A stretch of DNA of 63,661 nucleotides, the filler included, from Craspedostauros australis (taxonomy: Eukaryota), in NCBI GenBank assembly GCA_030167865.1. It is 13 parts of 13 records of this genome, joined end to end, with 100 filler letters (N's around TTAATTAATTAA, not from the genome) between each part and the next. Parts side by side here need not be neighbours in the genome. Positions count along the whole stretch, not along the records: positions 16,347 to 28,124 come from JALAGF010005144.1; positions 28,225 to 30,700 come from JALAGF010005145.1; positions 30,801 to 32,945 come from JALAGF010005146.1; positions 33,046 to 34,497 come from JALAGF010005147.1; positions 34,598 to 42,421 come from JALAGF010005148.1; 8 more parts are not named here. One strand, written 5' to 3'. A program made the translations under genes and the position numbers. Shown here piece after piece: positions 26,953 to 38,644 of this stretch; the stretch's first letter is position 1; every line of letters begins with the position of its first letter. The notes beneath the pieces are model-generated. The model made no database searches and had not been told where the DNA came from. It saw only the letters and a program-made list of their open reading frames with translations.

Positions 26953-28124
26953 ATGAACATGCTGAAGATCAGACCTGCAAAGGCCAAAGTCGACAGTGAC
27001 ACCCACAGAACCCAACAACATCAACAACAAAAGCTACGACATAGGCTACATCATAGCACGAGCAGTACGCAGAACCACGGTTCCCAATCTCGGTTTTGCT
27101 GTCTACGACTTTGCAACAGCTGCTGTGCGAGAATGACCGCATCCAATAGACGATTCTTCATCAGCGCTGCTATAGTAGCTGCTGTTGCCATCGCTACGGC
27201 ATGCTATCTCTCCGCCATGATGGTCCTTGTACCATCCGATTCCATCCATCCGCTGCAGCAGCAACAACAACAACAACACCAACGAGAGAGCGTTGCGGAC
27301 GCTGTCGCCTCGGTGTCACATACGCTTCAGTCCATCACAAAAGAAGAAGAAGAAGGCGGACCAGCTTCATTGCAAGCAGAGCAGGCTGAGACGTCGCTTC
27401 CACCCTTGGAGGCAACCACAGCCACGACGGCAGCATCAGCGATGGAGGGAATTGCAAACGCAGATGGGAACGATAATGGCATCGGCAGCGATGCAAATGC
27501 CAACACAATGATGGATGTGAATGATGATCACGACAATGCCGATCAGAGCCAACAAGAACTGCAAAGCGACGGAGAACAGCTCCAAAAACAAGCATCATCA
27601 GAATCAATAGCATCAACAGGACCACGGCCGCCAGTATATGGTGCTCTCGTGCCCAAGATGCTCAACGCCAACGATGCCCCAACGGCATACTACATGCTCC
27701 CACCAAGCGGATCACCAACGGCAGTGCTCTTCTTCTTCCACGGCTGCAGGCACACTGGCGTCGATTTCTTTATTCTACCGCAAGACCGCATCGTTGCCCA
27801 TGCGACGCTGAGGCACAACCTCGCCATCATATCCTTCACGGCATCGAAACCATCCGGCTGCTGGAGTCACAGGGACATGCCGTTGGTTCAGAAGCAGATT
27901 GACGAATTCACCAGGGTCACGGGGTTCAAGGTGCACACTGGAAAGGAACAGGCAGATGCGGATGCTACTCACGGAGAAGAGAATGCAAGCGGCAAAACCA
28001 ACGGCAACAACAACAACGACGATGACGAACGGAACGCGCTCCGCATCCTGGCCACGGGCATGTCCATGGGCGTCTCGGAGGTCTTCTGGTTGGAAGATGA
28101 GGACTACGACTTCGCCGCCATGGC
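26953..28124 (+). CDS. Membrane-anchored alpha/beta-hydrolase-fold protein (3' truncated)
   Basis: Hydrophobic segment FFISAAIVAAVAIATACYLSAMMVLV, low-complexity linker, VLFFFHGC and GMSMG (GxSxG) motif; runs off the scaffold. Confidence 0.7.
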
Positions 28125-28224
28125 NNNNNNNNNNNNNNNNNNNNNNNNNNNNNNNNNNNNNNNNNNNNTTAATTAATTAANNNNNNNNNNNNNNNNNNNN
28201 NNNNNNNNNNNNNNNNNNNNNNNN

Positions 28225-30700
28225 GCTCCAGCAGTAGTCACTGTAATCATCGAGGACTAGGAGCCAATACTTTCCTTGTCCGTAGCTGTGCGTCTGGACA
28301 CTTGATGTATCAATGAACAGTCGATCACCAACCTTCTTCGCTCGTGATTGGAGTTTCTTCTTCATGGCCTTCTGCCTTTGTTTGCCGATGGCACAGTCCA
28401 CACATGCATGCAATTTGCCTGTGACATTCCACCCGTATCGTCCCGCTGTGCGAGAGATCGTGTAAGTGTCANNNNNNNNNNNNNNNNNNNNNNNNNNNNN
28501 NNNNNNNNNNNNNNNNNNNNNNNNNNNNNNNNNNNNNNNNNNNNNNNNNNNNNNNNNNNNNNNNNNNNNNNNNNNNNNTTGATCGTGAGGGTGAGGGGCG
28601 GTGATCATGTTAACACCGCTCACGAACCCACTGTGGGTAGCCATAAGCCGGTCAAACGTAATACGTTGTCCGCGCTTCTCCAGGCTCATCACAACGCCGT
28701 GGTTGCTGATGTTGAAGCCGCTCTCAAGCGCTTTGTTGATGCTGAGAAGGTTCACCCACAAATTGGGCACGAACTTCACGTGCTTGAGGAGGATGGTTGC
28801 GGTGGTNNNNNNNNNNNNNNNNNNNNNNNNNNNNNNNNNNNNNNNNNNNNNNNNNNNNNNNNNNNNNNNNNNNNNNNNNNNNNNNNNNNNNNNNNNNNNN
28901 NNNACGTTGGTCATCCCCTCGTCGTTGTTGGTCAGGTGACACGAGGCACCTGAGTCGCCCAACCAAGTGTTTGCCTCATGGCGGTCTGGGGCAAGCGTGA
29001 TGCGGCGTTCTTCGACGCCGTCGATGTCACCGATCACCATTGCCATGTCTGGTTGCGGGTTTCTTTCGCTGTAGATGGGGAGTTCAGTGAACGCATTTGG
29101 GCTGCGGACTCCGTAGTGGCCTGGGTGGTATTTCCACATGACTTGGAGTGCTCCACGCGAGGCCAGGCTCCCGANNNNNNNNNNNNNNNNNNNNNNNNNN
29201 NNNNNNNNNNNNNNNNNNNNNNNNNNNNNNNNNNNNNNNNNNNNNNNNNNNNNNNNNNNNNNNNNNNNNNNNNNNNNNNNNNNNNNNNNNNNNNNNNNNN
29301 NNNNNNNNNNNNNNNNNNNNNNNNNNNNNNNNNNNNNNNNNNNNNNNNNNNNNNNNNNNNNNNCAAGCTCGGAGCGCACACTGTCAGCCGGCATGGCGTT
29401 GCTCAATGAGTATCGCACTGCGAGTGCGAGGGACTCCTCCTTTGCGAGCATGGCGCGGCGTTCATCGCGTTCTTCGTGGGTCGTTGGTTTCACCACGTCC
29501 GTTCCTTCCGGTAGATCGATGAGGAATGGCTGGGCTGGACAATCGACGCAGTACGAGTAGATGTACCCTTGNNNNNNNNNNNNNNNNNNNNNNNNNNNNN
29601 NNNNNNNNNNNNNNNNNNNNNNNNNNNNNNNNNNNNNNNNNNNNNNNNNNNNNNNNNNNNNNNNNNNNNNNNNNNNNNNNNNNNNNNNNNNNNNNNNNNN
29701 NNNNNNNNNNGCCACTTCATTGGTAGACTCCTCTTCGGTGCTGACGAGGTCTTCATCGTAGATGACCTCGTCGAAGAACCCGTCGTCATCGGTGGACTCG
29801 TCTTCGGACGGGAAGAGTTCGCGGTTGATGCGTTCGGCGGCGACCGCTGGTGGTCCGTAGTGACCATACACCCCTGGGTGGTGGGCCNNNNNNNNNNNNN
29901 NNNNNNNNNNNNNNNNNNNNNNNNNNNNNNNNNNNNNTTTCACCACGTCCGTTCCTTCCGGTAGATCGATGAGGAATGGCTGGGCTGGACAATCGACGCA
30001 GTACGAGTAGATGTACCCTTGCTTGAAGCACAGTGGGCATGATGCCCATCCTTGGTACATTGCGCGCCCTGCTGCTTCGATCGTCTTCTCGATGGGAGAC
30101 TTGTTGGTGGAGAGCGTGAAGACGGGCTCTCTGCAGATGTCTTCCGCTCCGATCACCATTGCCACTTCATTGGTAGACTCCTCTTCGGTGCTGACGAGGT
30201 CTTCATCGTAGATGACCTCGTCGAAGAACCNGTCNTCNTCGGTGGACTCGTCNTCGGACGGGAAGAGTTCGCGGTTGATGCGNTCGGCNGCGACCGCTGG
30301 TGGTCCGTAGTGACCATACACCCCTGGGTGGTGGGCCGCCCGCTCTTCAGCTGTCCACTCGGAGCCTTGGTTTGGCTCTTCGATGCCTTGGTCGGCCATC
30401 TCTTCGTCGGTGGACGTGAGGGCGAGGTCTTTGGTGGTCTCCTCTTCGGGAGGCATCATGGTGTGGTCGTTGCTCATGTTTTTCTTGATGTTCGCAATTT
30501 CTTGGGTTGTTACGAGTCTTGGGTTGGTCACATTTTTGACCTCAGTCGAATCAAGTTCGAACTCGTTGGTGAGGAAGCACATCATTTCCGTGCTATCCAT
30601 GGACTTGTCGTCTTCAGGCAACCAGATGGGCTCCTCGATCATGGCTAGGCCAACGTCGTCGGCCTTCTCGTTGGAGGTCGACCACATCTCCTCGTCAACT
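28225..30700 (-). mobile_element. Ty1/copia pol fragment: Cys-containing insert, protease, pre-integrase and integrase start
   Basis: WLGDSGASCH, CVDCAIGKQRQK, RLFIDTSS...YWLLVLDDYSDYCWS; homologous to 6476-7666. Confidence 0.9.
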
Positions 30701-31211
30701 NNNNNNNNNNNNNNNNNNNNNNNNNNNNNNNNNNNNNNNNNNNNTTAATTAATTAANNNNNNNNNNNNNNNNNNNNNNNNNNNNNNNNNNNNNNNNNNNN
30801 GGTGAGAACCATCACCATCGCCCGTAGATTTCGTACCGGGTGTTTTTATCGCACATCCGAGCCGTCGCTGCCTGAGCCTTCGCGATTGCTGGTGGTTGTG
30901 TTGACGGACAGACATATATTTTGCGCTTTTGACTACTGTCGGTGCGGAAGAGTCGTTTTGCTTCGGTGATTTTTTCAGTCTGTTCAGGTGATCGTCGTGT
31001 TCGANNNNNNNNNNNNNNNNNNNNNNNNNNNNNNNNNNNNNNNNNNNNNNNNNNNNNNNNNNNNNNNNNNNNNNNNNNNNNNNNNNNNNNNNNNNNNNNN
31101 NNNNNNNNNNNNNNNNNNNNNNNNNNNNNNNNNNNNNNNTGCACTCTCGACAGGAACGGAACAGGAACAACAAAATTCCGTCTGCTTTGTCTGGTCAACC
31201 AGGGCCACAGG

Positions 31212-31269
31212 TGATCACCATCACCATCACCATCATCATCATCATCATCATCATCACCATCATCATCAC

Positions 31270-31310
<41 letters not shown>

Positions 31311-31349
31311 CCATCACCATCATCAATCATAATAATAATAATACTAAAC

Positions 31350-31382
<33 letters not shown>

Positions 31383-31390
31383 GCAACAGC
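31212..31390. repeat. (CAT/CAC)n followed by (AAT)n microsatellite
   Basis: Directly visible. Confidence 0.97.
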
Positions 31391-33045
31391 AATGTGGCCT
31401 CCACTGGCTATGTCAATTGTGAGGATGAATGTGGCTTAGAGATCTGCTGTCACTGAGGATTTGCATGTGTCTCTGGTTTCTCTACTCTGCACCACATCCG
31501 AGACGCAGCGGATGAATTGGCTCATGAACAAAGCGAGAGATTTTTCTCCTCGAGCGCTTGTGTTCTGAAATGGCGCGAAGTGCGATGGCTATTGCGCAGT
31601 CGTTTTGTGTTGCTCACTGCTGCAACATGATCGTTTCTTTTTCGACCGCGTCACTCTACTACTGGCTGTCAGATGCATACGAACACTTTTGTATTCGTCA
31701 ATCCGTGTTTTGATGGTTTGGGACCCCGTAGGATCCCTGCGGACGTGTCTGTGGAGGTGGTGTTTCATGTCGTTGTTGTGGTGGTGGTTCCGAACTCTTG
31801 TGTCCAGCAACCAGCACTTCACGCATCACTGTTCCCATACGCACCAACGCAATACCCCTTGCAATTCTGTTGCGCAACTGCTGGTTCTCAATGACTGTTT
31901 CCCCGAAACCATGGGGCTTCGCTTTGCTTCACGCGCAACACCAGGNNNNNNNGTTCACCTCCGACCTGCCTTGATTTTGCCCCTCCTGTTGCCACAGTGA
32001 CACCCACCTCCTCCATCATCCTCCACAAAGGATATCATCTCTGCAAAAAGACTCCAGACCCATTCTTTCAGCAAAGACTGTTTGCTGTGTGGCTCATTGG
32101 ACCAACCACAACCAGCTTCACTCTATTGTTGTGTATCACAGCCTGCCAAAAAGAGCAACCCACCAGCATTTCCAACCATGACAAGCTCAAAGCCTCCACC
32201 AATTGATGGGCACCAGCAATCACTGGCAACAACACCTCCAAGGCCTGGGAATGAGGATGAAGCAAACATCCCCCCAGTTTGCCACTGCCATGCTGCCAGC
32301 TCTGATCAAGACTTCCCCCCACAACAGAGAGCACACAGTGGTGCTGCTGTCAATGGTGGTTCACCAATTAACTNNNNNNNNNNNNNNNNNNNNNNNNNNN
32401 NNNNNNNNNNNNNNNNNNNNNNNTCATGCTTGGAGCGTCCTCCACATGAACCAAAACCACACACTCAATCATGACAGCACCAAGCCGGAGGGTCCAGTAG
32501 CAAGCTATCTGCGTGCTTGTAAATTGCACACTCCAAAATTCAACCAGCCTCACCCTCCCAATCAAACGGGACTTGTTGATATCTTAACCCCACCTACATT
32601 GCTGGAGTCTCCCTGGAATACATTCATCTGCCACAATCAACTTCAGCCTCTCTCCAATGACATGCATCATGCTGTCCGCTTCCCAGAGAGTATGCCCATC
32701 ACCCACCACATGGCTCTCCATGGTGATAACAGTGCCAATGATCTGCCAGGCAATGGCACCAGCACCAGTGACGATGATGGGTCCGATCCTGCTTTTGAAC
32801 CACCGGATGACAGTGACAGCGACGTAGAATCGATCAACAATTCTAATGTGCCCATGGCAACCACTCCATCCACTCCTACAGCCCGTGACATTCTCATGGA
32901 GATGTACCGCATCATGAAGAGAGATCCATCTAAACTCCGCAACTTNNNNNNNNNNNNNNNNNNNNNNNNNNNNNNNNNNNNNNNNNNNNTTAATTAATTA
33001 ANNNNNNNNNNNNNNNNNNNNNNNNNNNNNNNNNNNNNNNNNNNN

Positions 33046-34417
33046 GCGAAAGGTGTTCAGCAGCAGCGACCAGATACAGTGGGAAGCCATTGCAGGGGAG
33101 TTACAAGGCCCCAACCATTCCAAAAGGATAATATCATTCAAGCTCATTGCAGGAGAGGCGGTGACAGGAAAATGCATGCAACTGTGGGGCCTGCGCAGCT
33201 CTGATATATGTCCCAGTTGTGGAGAACAGGAGAGCAGCGCGCACTTTTGGGAGTGCAAGGACCCTGCNNNNNNNNNNNNNNNNNNNNNNNNNNNNNNNNN
33301 NNNNNNNNNNNNNNNNNAGCGCGCACTTTTGGGAGTGCAAGGACCCTGCCAGGGTGAGAGCGGTGGCAAGGCCTGCGGCTGACACCCGCAACTGGATGAA
33401 TCGATATTCAACCAGCCCAGGCGTCTCGCAAGCGATGGTTTCAGCTCTGTGCAGTCAGGTCAGCGGCACAGTCTTTCTGCGACCAACAGACATGGGACCA
33501 GGAATGAGATCCGCAGTGAGCAGTCAGGCATCTGTGGGGTCCATGGCCCTGCGGAAGGGATTGTTATCCAAAGAATGGAGCATCTTGCAAGAAACACTCC
33601 TGAGTCAGCATGAAGCCAAACGAACGGCCAACAAGTGGTCCACACGCTTAATTCAACGCATTTGGGAAATCGCATGGGAGCAGTGGCAGCTTTGGAATGA
33701 AAAACTGTTTCAACGAGAGGAATCGGCCGAAGCCAAAATGGAGCAGGCTCTAAGACAGCAAGCAGCTTCAGTCCGGCTTCAGCTCAAAGACGCCCATACC
33801 AACAGCGAGAGGATTGTCAGAACAGCTCCAGGAAGTGCAGCTCCGGCGCAACAAATTGCGGTCTAGATGGAGCAAGCAGCGCGAATGCTCGCAGAGCTAG
33901 CCGCCTATGGCACACCGAGCCGATGGATATGGTAAAAGCAGCAGGTCCCAAGTGACAAGGGGAGCGTTTGACGGATTAAGGAGGGCCACAGGCCCAGCGT
34001 CAATATTCATATCAACTACGTACTATGGAGTCCGTGCTCCCTTTCCGCGTGGTGGGAAATTGAAAGGAGGAGGAGAAAAGTGCAGACAGCACAGATGTCA
34101 GAGAGGTAATCCAATCCTTGCGGTATTCATTAATTGACGGATCTAGGACTCCACACCCTATGTATGTACTCTTTGGAGTGTGATTGGAGTGATATGGCTG
34201 GTTGGATTGCTCCAAACGGTCTGTGGAATGCATAGATATGAAGAAGAATGTACATTGTGTTGCATGCCGTGCAGTATCACACGATTCACAGATTTGGATA
34301 CCAGTGTCTCTTCCAGACGGATCTAGATGTTTTCAAGCTGGTATTATACCCATTGGAATGCCCTCGATGCGCTGATCTTGTTATAATGTAGTATGTTTAT
34401 CCTTTCCAATGAAGGTT
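33046..34417 (+). mobile_element. Second copy of the LINE 3' end (to 34134) joined to the inverted-repeat arm (from 34135)
   Basis: Reverse complement of about 3346-4607 with scattered substitutions and the same LINE/arm junction. Confidence 0.85.
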
Positions 34418-34497
34418 TGTCGAGATGTACATGTGAGTATATGTCGAGATGTACGTGTATATGTGCATCGTTCACCCGTTATTCTCTCATACGCACT
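34418..34497 (+). mobile_element. Start of a family C LTR
   Basis: Near identical to 7667-7747. Confidence 0.85.
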
Positions 34498-34602
34498 NNN
34501 NNNNNNNNNNNNNNNNNNNNNNNNNNNNNNNNNNNNNNNNNTTAATTAATTAANNNNNNNNNNNNNNNNNNNNNNNNNNNNNNNNNNNNNNNNNNNNGCT
34601 AC

Positions 34603-34863
34603 CTGTAAATCCAGAGAGAGGGAGAGAAGAGAGAAAGAGAAGAATCATGTTAGACATGTCGATTGACACGAGACATAACAATGAAGGGAGGGAGTGATGT
34701 ATGGGTGTATGGGTGTATGGGACAGAGCAGTCCGACAGCGACAGTGACAGTGACTGACGATGGTAGCGTAATGAATGCTAGTGTTGGTCACTGTCAAGTG
34801 CTTCATGTGCTTCGTCCCTGGTCCCCATTTTGATGTGTAGATCAGATCAAATGAATTAGTCGC

Positions 34864-34865
<2 letters not shown>
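34603..34865 (-). other. Spliceosomal-type intron in LSU (263 nt, GTGCGA...CAG)
   Basis: Excision restores CTCTCTTAAG|GTAGC; CTAAC at about 34649-34653 and a pyrimidine tract before CAG. Confidence 0.85.
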
Positions 34866-34903
<38 letters not shown>

Positions 34904-34905
<2 letters not shown>

Positions 34906-35132
34906 GTAGTTTCAGTAGTGAAATAGTAATTGAATAGAGTAGANNNNNNNNNNNNNNNNNNNNNNNNNNNNNNNNNNNNNNNNNNNNNNNNNNTAGAGTG
35001 AAAGAATTGGGTTAGATATCATGTTCATGTAGCGGTAACAGTAGTGGGTGCAGATTCTGCTTGGATCGGTCGATCATATCATGCATAGTATGATATAGAT
35101 AGAAAGGGAAGGGAGGAAGGAGATTGACGTAC
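34904..35132 (-). other. Spliceosomal-type intron in LSU (GTACGT...CAG, internal N gap)
   Basis: Excision restores CAACCAAG|CGCGGG. Confidence 0.88.
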
Positions 35133-35167
35133 CTTGGTTGAATTCCTTCACTTTGACATTCAGAGCA

Positions 35168-35312
35168 CTGTTGGTGTAGAAGTAATAATAGGTAGAGCAA
35201 GTAATGAGAGGTAATGAGGGGTGATAAGTTGTGAGAGGGAGTTTTCCAATTGATCGTGATTTGATCGTGGTTGTGATTATCCGTGCAGTTTGGAGCATGT
35301 CGGTGCACTTAC
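35168..35312 (-). other. Spliceosomal-type intron in LSU (145 nt, GTAAGT...CAG)
   Basis: Excision restores CTGCCCAG|TGCTCTG. Confidence 0.9.
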
Positions 35313-35377
35313 CTGGGCAGAAATCACATTGCGTCAACACCGTTTCCGGCCATCGCAATGCTTTGTTTTAATTAAAC

Positions 35378-35484
35378 CTGTTATTGCAATGGGCAATGAG
35401 CAATGAATATAGGTGTGTATGGGGATAGTGATAAAGTAGTAATACGAGTTAGGGGTAATGATTGTGTGAGATGTTGTCGTCGTG
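35378..35484 (-). other. 3' part of a spliceosomal-type intron in LSU (5' end in gap)
   Basis: Non-rRNA sequence ending CAG directly before GTTTAATTAAAAC; CTAAC near 35448. Confidence 0.7.
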
Positions 35485-35750
35485 NNNNNNNNNNNNNNNN
35501 NNNNNNNNNNNNNNNNNNNNNNNNNNNNNNNNNNNNNNNNNNNNNNNNNNNNNNNNNNNNNNNNNNNNNNNNNNNNNNNNNNNNNNNNNNNNNNNNNNNN
35601 NNNNNNNNNNNNNNNNNNNNNNNNNNNNNNNNNNNNNNNNNNNNNNNNNNNNNNNNNNNNNNNNNNNNNNNNNNNNNNNNNNNNNNNNNNNNNNNNNNNN
35701 NNNNNNNNNNNNNNNNNNNNNNNNNNNNNNNNNNNNNNNNNNNNNNNNCC

Positions 35751-35938
35751 CTGTAGTTGCAAAGAGCAAGGGCAAGAGTAATAAGAGTAGTGGTGAAAGT
35801 GAAGGCAGAGTGGAGTGAAGTGGTTCATGTGTGAGTGCGGTGATTCATTGGGTATTACATTGTTTCGAGCGTAACCTCGGTCCGTCTGTCCGTCTGTCTG
35901 TCCGTCCATCCATATGTATATCTCCAAAAGGTACGTAC
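35751..35938 (-). other. Spliceosomal-type intron in LSU (188 nt, GTACGT...CAG)
   Basis: Excision gives GTAGATAAG|GG, as in conserved GATAAGGGAAGTCGG; only 2 nt of the downstream exon are visible before the gap. Confidence 0.82.
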
Positions 35939-36558
35939 CTTATCTACATTCTTCTATCGACTAGAGGCTGCTAACCTTGGAGACCTGATGCGGTGATGAG
36001 TACGACCAGGGGTGCGAATAAGACACGCCACCGGGTTTTCAAGGGACGTCGAGAGCGCACCGAAACAGTCAAAAAGTAACCGCCTTTCCCAGATCGTCAA
36101 CCCTATCTCCGGTCAATCCGATTCCAGGGTCGATGCATCTGTTAACAAGAAAAGAAAACTCTTGTCGGGGCTCCCGCCGTCGTCCCNNNNNNNNNNNNNN
36201 NNNNNNNNNNNNNNNNNNNNNNNNNNNNNNNNNNNNNNNNNNNNNNNNNNNNNNNNNNNNNNNNNNNNNNNNNNNNNNNNNNNNNNNNNNNNNNNNNNNN
36301 NNNNNNNNNNNNNNNNNNNNNNNNNNNNNNNNNNNNNNNNNNNNNNNNNNNNNNNNNNNNNNNNNNNNNNNNNNNNNNNNNNNNNNNNNNNNNNNNNNNN
36401 NNNNNNNNNNNNNNNNNNNNNNNNNNNNNNNNNNNNNNNNNNNNNNNNNNNNNNNNNNNNNNNNNNNNNNNNNNNNNNNNNNNNNNNNNNNNNNNNNNNN
36501 NNNNNNNNNNNNCACTTCAGTCTTCAAAGTTCTCATTTGAATGTTTGCTACTGCCACC

Positions 36559-36791
36559 CTGTAATTCGAAAAGAAGAGGTAGAGTAGAGTAGTAGAGTAG
36601 AATAGAGTAGAATGGAATGGAATGAAAAGGGTGTGGTGTGTGAGTTGGATGTGTGTTGTATATTGTATATTGCGTGATGTTATGACATGCACGTGTCTGA
36701 GTCTGAACAACGCAATGATAATTGCATTGTATTGTTGCGTTGCGTTGCGTTGCACTTGGTGATAAGTGTATTAATTTAATTTGGTACTTAC
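36559..36791 (-). other. Spliceosomal-type intron in LSU (233 nt, GTAAGT...CAG)
   Basis: Excision restores GCAGATCTT|GGTGGCAG. Confidence 0.9.
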
Positions 36792-36957
36792 AAGATCTGC
36801 ACCGAAGGATGTTTCACTCTGGCTCACGCCACGAGCTGCACGACAACCTTCGCGCCCTCCTACTCACCAACGCGAAACACTTGCGCTGGTGGTGGAGTAT
36901 AAGTGGCCCGCTTCAGCGCCATCCATTTTCAGGGCTAGTTCATTCGGCAGGTGAGTT

Positions 36958-37154
36958 CTGTGATATTGAAGAGTGAGATATGGTATGCGAATAGGATAGA
37001 ATGGAATAGAATAGAGGGGAGAATGGGTGATATGTGAGATATGGTCATGATTGGGTTGATTAGTTGGCATTCTGTCCGTATGGGTCTAGGTGCATCTAGG
37101 ATGCCATTTAGTTGCTATTTGTTTGTTTGCTTGTTTGCTTGTTTGTTTACTTAC
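36958..37154 (-). other. Spliceosomal-type intron in LSU (197 nt, GTAAGT...CAG)
   Basis: Excision restores GTGTGTAAC|AACTCACC. Confidence 0.9.
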
Positions 37155-37197
37155 GTTACACACTCCTTAGCGGATTCCGACTTCCATGGCCACCGTC

Positions 37198-37368
37198 CTA
37201 TTAGGATAATAGTGGAGACAAGATTCAAGATTGAAGGCGATGGCAAGTTTCGTAGATACAGAGAAGGGAGGGGGTTAGTTGGTGTGTCAGTTGGTCTGTC
37301 TGTCCGTCGGTCGGTCGTCTCATGATCTGAAGATCGTGTTGTCTTGTCTTTGGCTTCGTTTAACTTAC
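37198..37368 (-). other. Spliceosomal-type intron in LSU (171 nt, GTAAGT...TAG)
   Basis: Excision restores GACAGCAG|GACGGTGG; ACTAAC branch-like site near 37274-37279. Confidence 0.9.
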
Positions 37369-37450
37369 CTGCTGTCAATATGAACCAACACCTTTTGTGG
37401 GATCTAGGTGAGCGGGCACTTTGGCACTTTATCTCCACGTTCGGATCATC

Positions 37451-37490
37451 CTGTGGTCGTATGAGTGAGTGTGAGTGTGTGAGTTGAGAG
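37451..37490 (-). other. 3' part of a spliceosomal-type intron in LSU (5' end in gap)
   Basis: CTCAC repeats then CAG before GATGATCCGAACG. Confidence 0.65.
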
Positions 37491-37824
37491 NNNNNNNNNN
37501 NNNNNNNNNNNNNNNNNNNNNNNNNNNNNNNNNNNNNNNNNNNNNNNNNNNNNNNNNNNNNNNNNNNNNNNNNNNNNNNNNNNNNNNNNNNNNNNNNNNN
37601 NNNNNNNNNNNNNNNNNNNNNNNNNNNNNNNNNNNNNNNNNNNNNNNNNNNNNNNNNNNNNNNNNNNNNNNNNNNNNNNNNNNNNNNNNNNNNNNNNNNN
37701 NNNNNNNNNNNNNNNNNNNNNNNNNNNNNNNNNNNNNNNNCAGAACCTCTAATCATTCGCTTTACCTGATAGAAATGATATTCGATTGCAGCTATCCTGA
37801 GGGAAATTTCGGAGGGAACCAGCT

Positions 37825-38429
37825 CACAGTATGGAATAGATAGAAGCGATGCATGCAACCCATGTTGACACGATGCGTTCATTTATTCCACAAGTTCGCA
37901 TACCAAGTGCGTCACTCCATGCGTTATGCATTATGCATTATGCATTGGAGCAACCTGACAAGACGGAAGTTTCTTTGTCTTCCTGCCTTAGTCATTCATT
38001 TTCACTTCCCTGTGCATTCACCTTACGGGGGTTCTTGCACAGAGCACACTTTGTCATCGTGTGGGGTTAGCACGTCCCTTAAGGCGGCTGGCAGTGCTGA
38101 CAAGCAGACACAGCCAGACCACCCGATGTCTTTGCGCGCGTTACGACGGTCACACCCGAGATCGCTCTCGGAGGACTCGCCACGGGATCAGCCACGATAA
38201 TGTATACATACATATATACAGATATACATAACGTTTGACGGCCTTCCCCGTACCAGATCATCTCGCCAGTGGTTACCCCGTAAGAGTATGTACAACCACG
38301 TTGACTAGCAGGTTTTGTTTTATTGATAAGATGAGTTGGGAGCAACCATCGAACAGACTCGCAGTGAACGTACATACATNNNNNNNNNNNNNNNNNNNNN
38401 NNNNNNNNNNNNNNNNNNNNNNNNNNNNN

Positions 38430-38461
<32 letters not shown>

Positions 38462-38588
38462 TTATATACATAAGCACGTCTCTGCGAGAATCCCACTTTT
38501 TCTAGCAGCAGGTTCCCTGTCCACGGACAGCAGCAGCAGCAGCGTAAATTGCCATTGCCACCGTCCGCGTCCTTTCGTTTCCTTTTCT
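37825..38588 (-). ncRNA. Group IE self-splicing intron in LSU at AUCUAGU|AGCUGG
   Basis: 5' exon ends in U and intron ends in G. Core motifs GGUACGGGGAA, AUCCCGUGGCGAG, GUCGUAACGCGCG, UAAGGGACGUGCU. IGS AACCUGCUGCUAGA (38501-38514) pairs with both exons. Confidence 0.9.
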
Positions 38589-38644
38589 ACTAGATAGTTC
38601 GATTAGTCTTTCGCCCCTATACTCAAATTTGAAGATCGATTTGC

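Noticed and set aside
30812..31456. Poly-His, poly-Asp and poly-Ile ORFs
   Set aside because: Translations of a CAT/AAT microsatellite.
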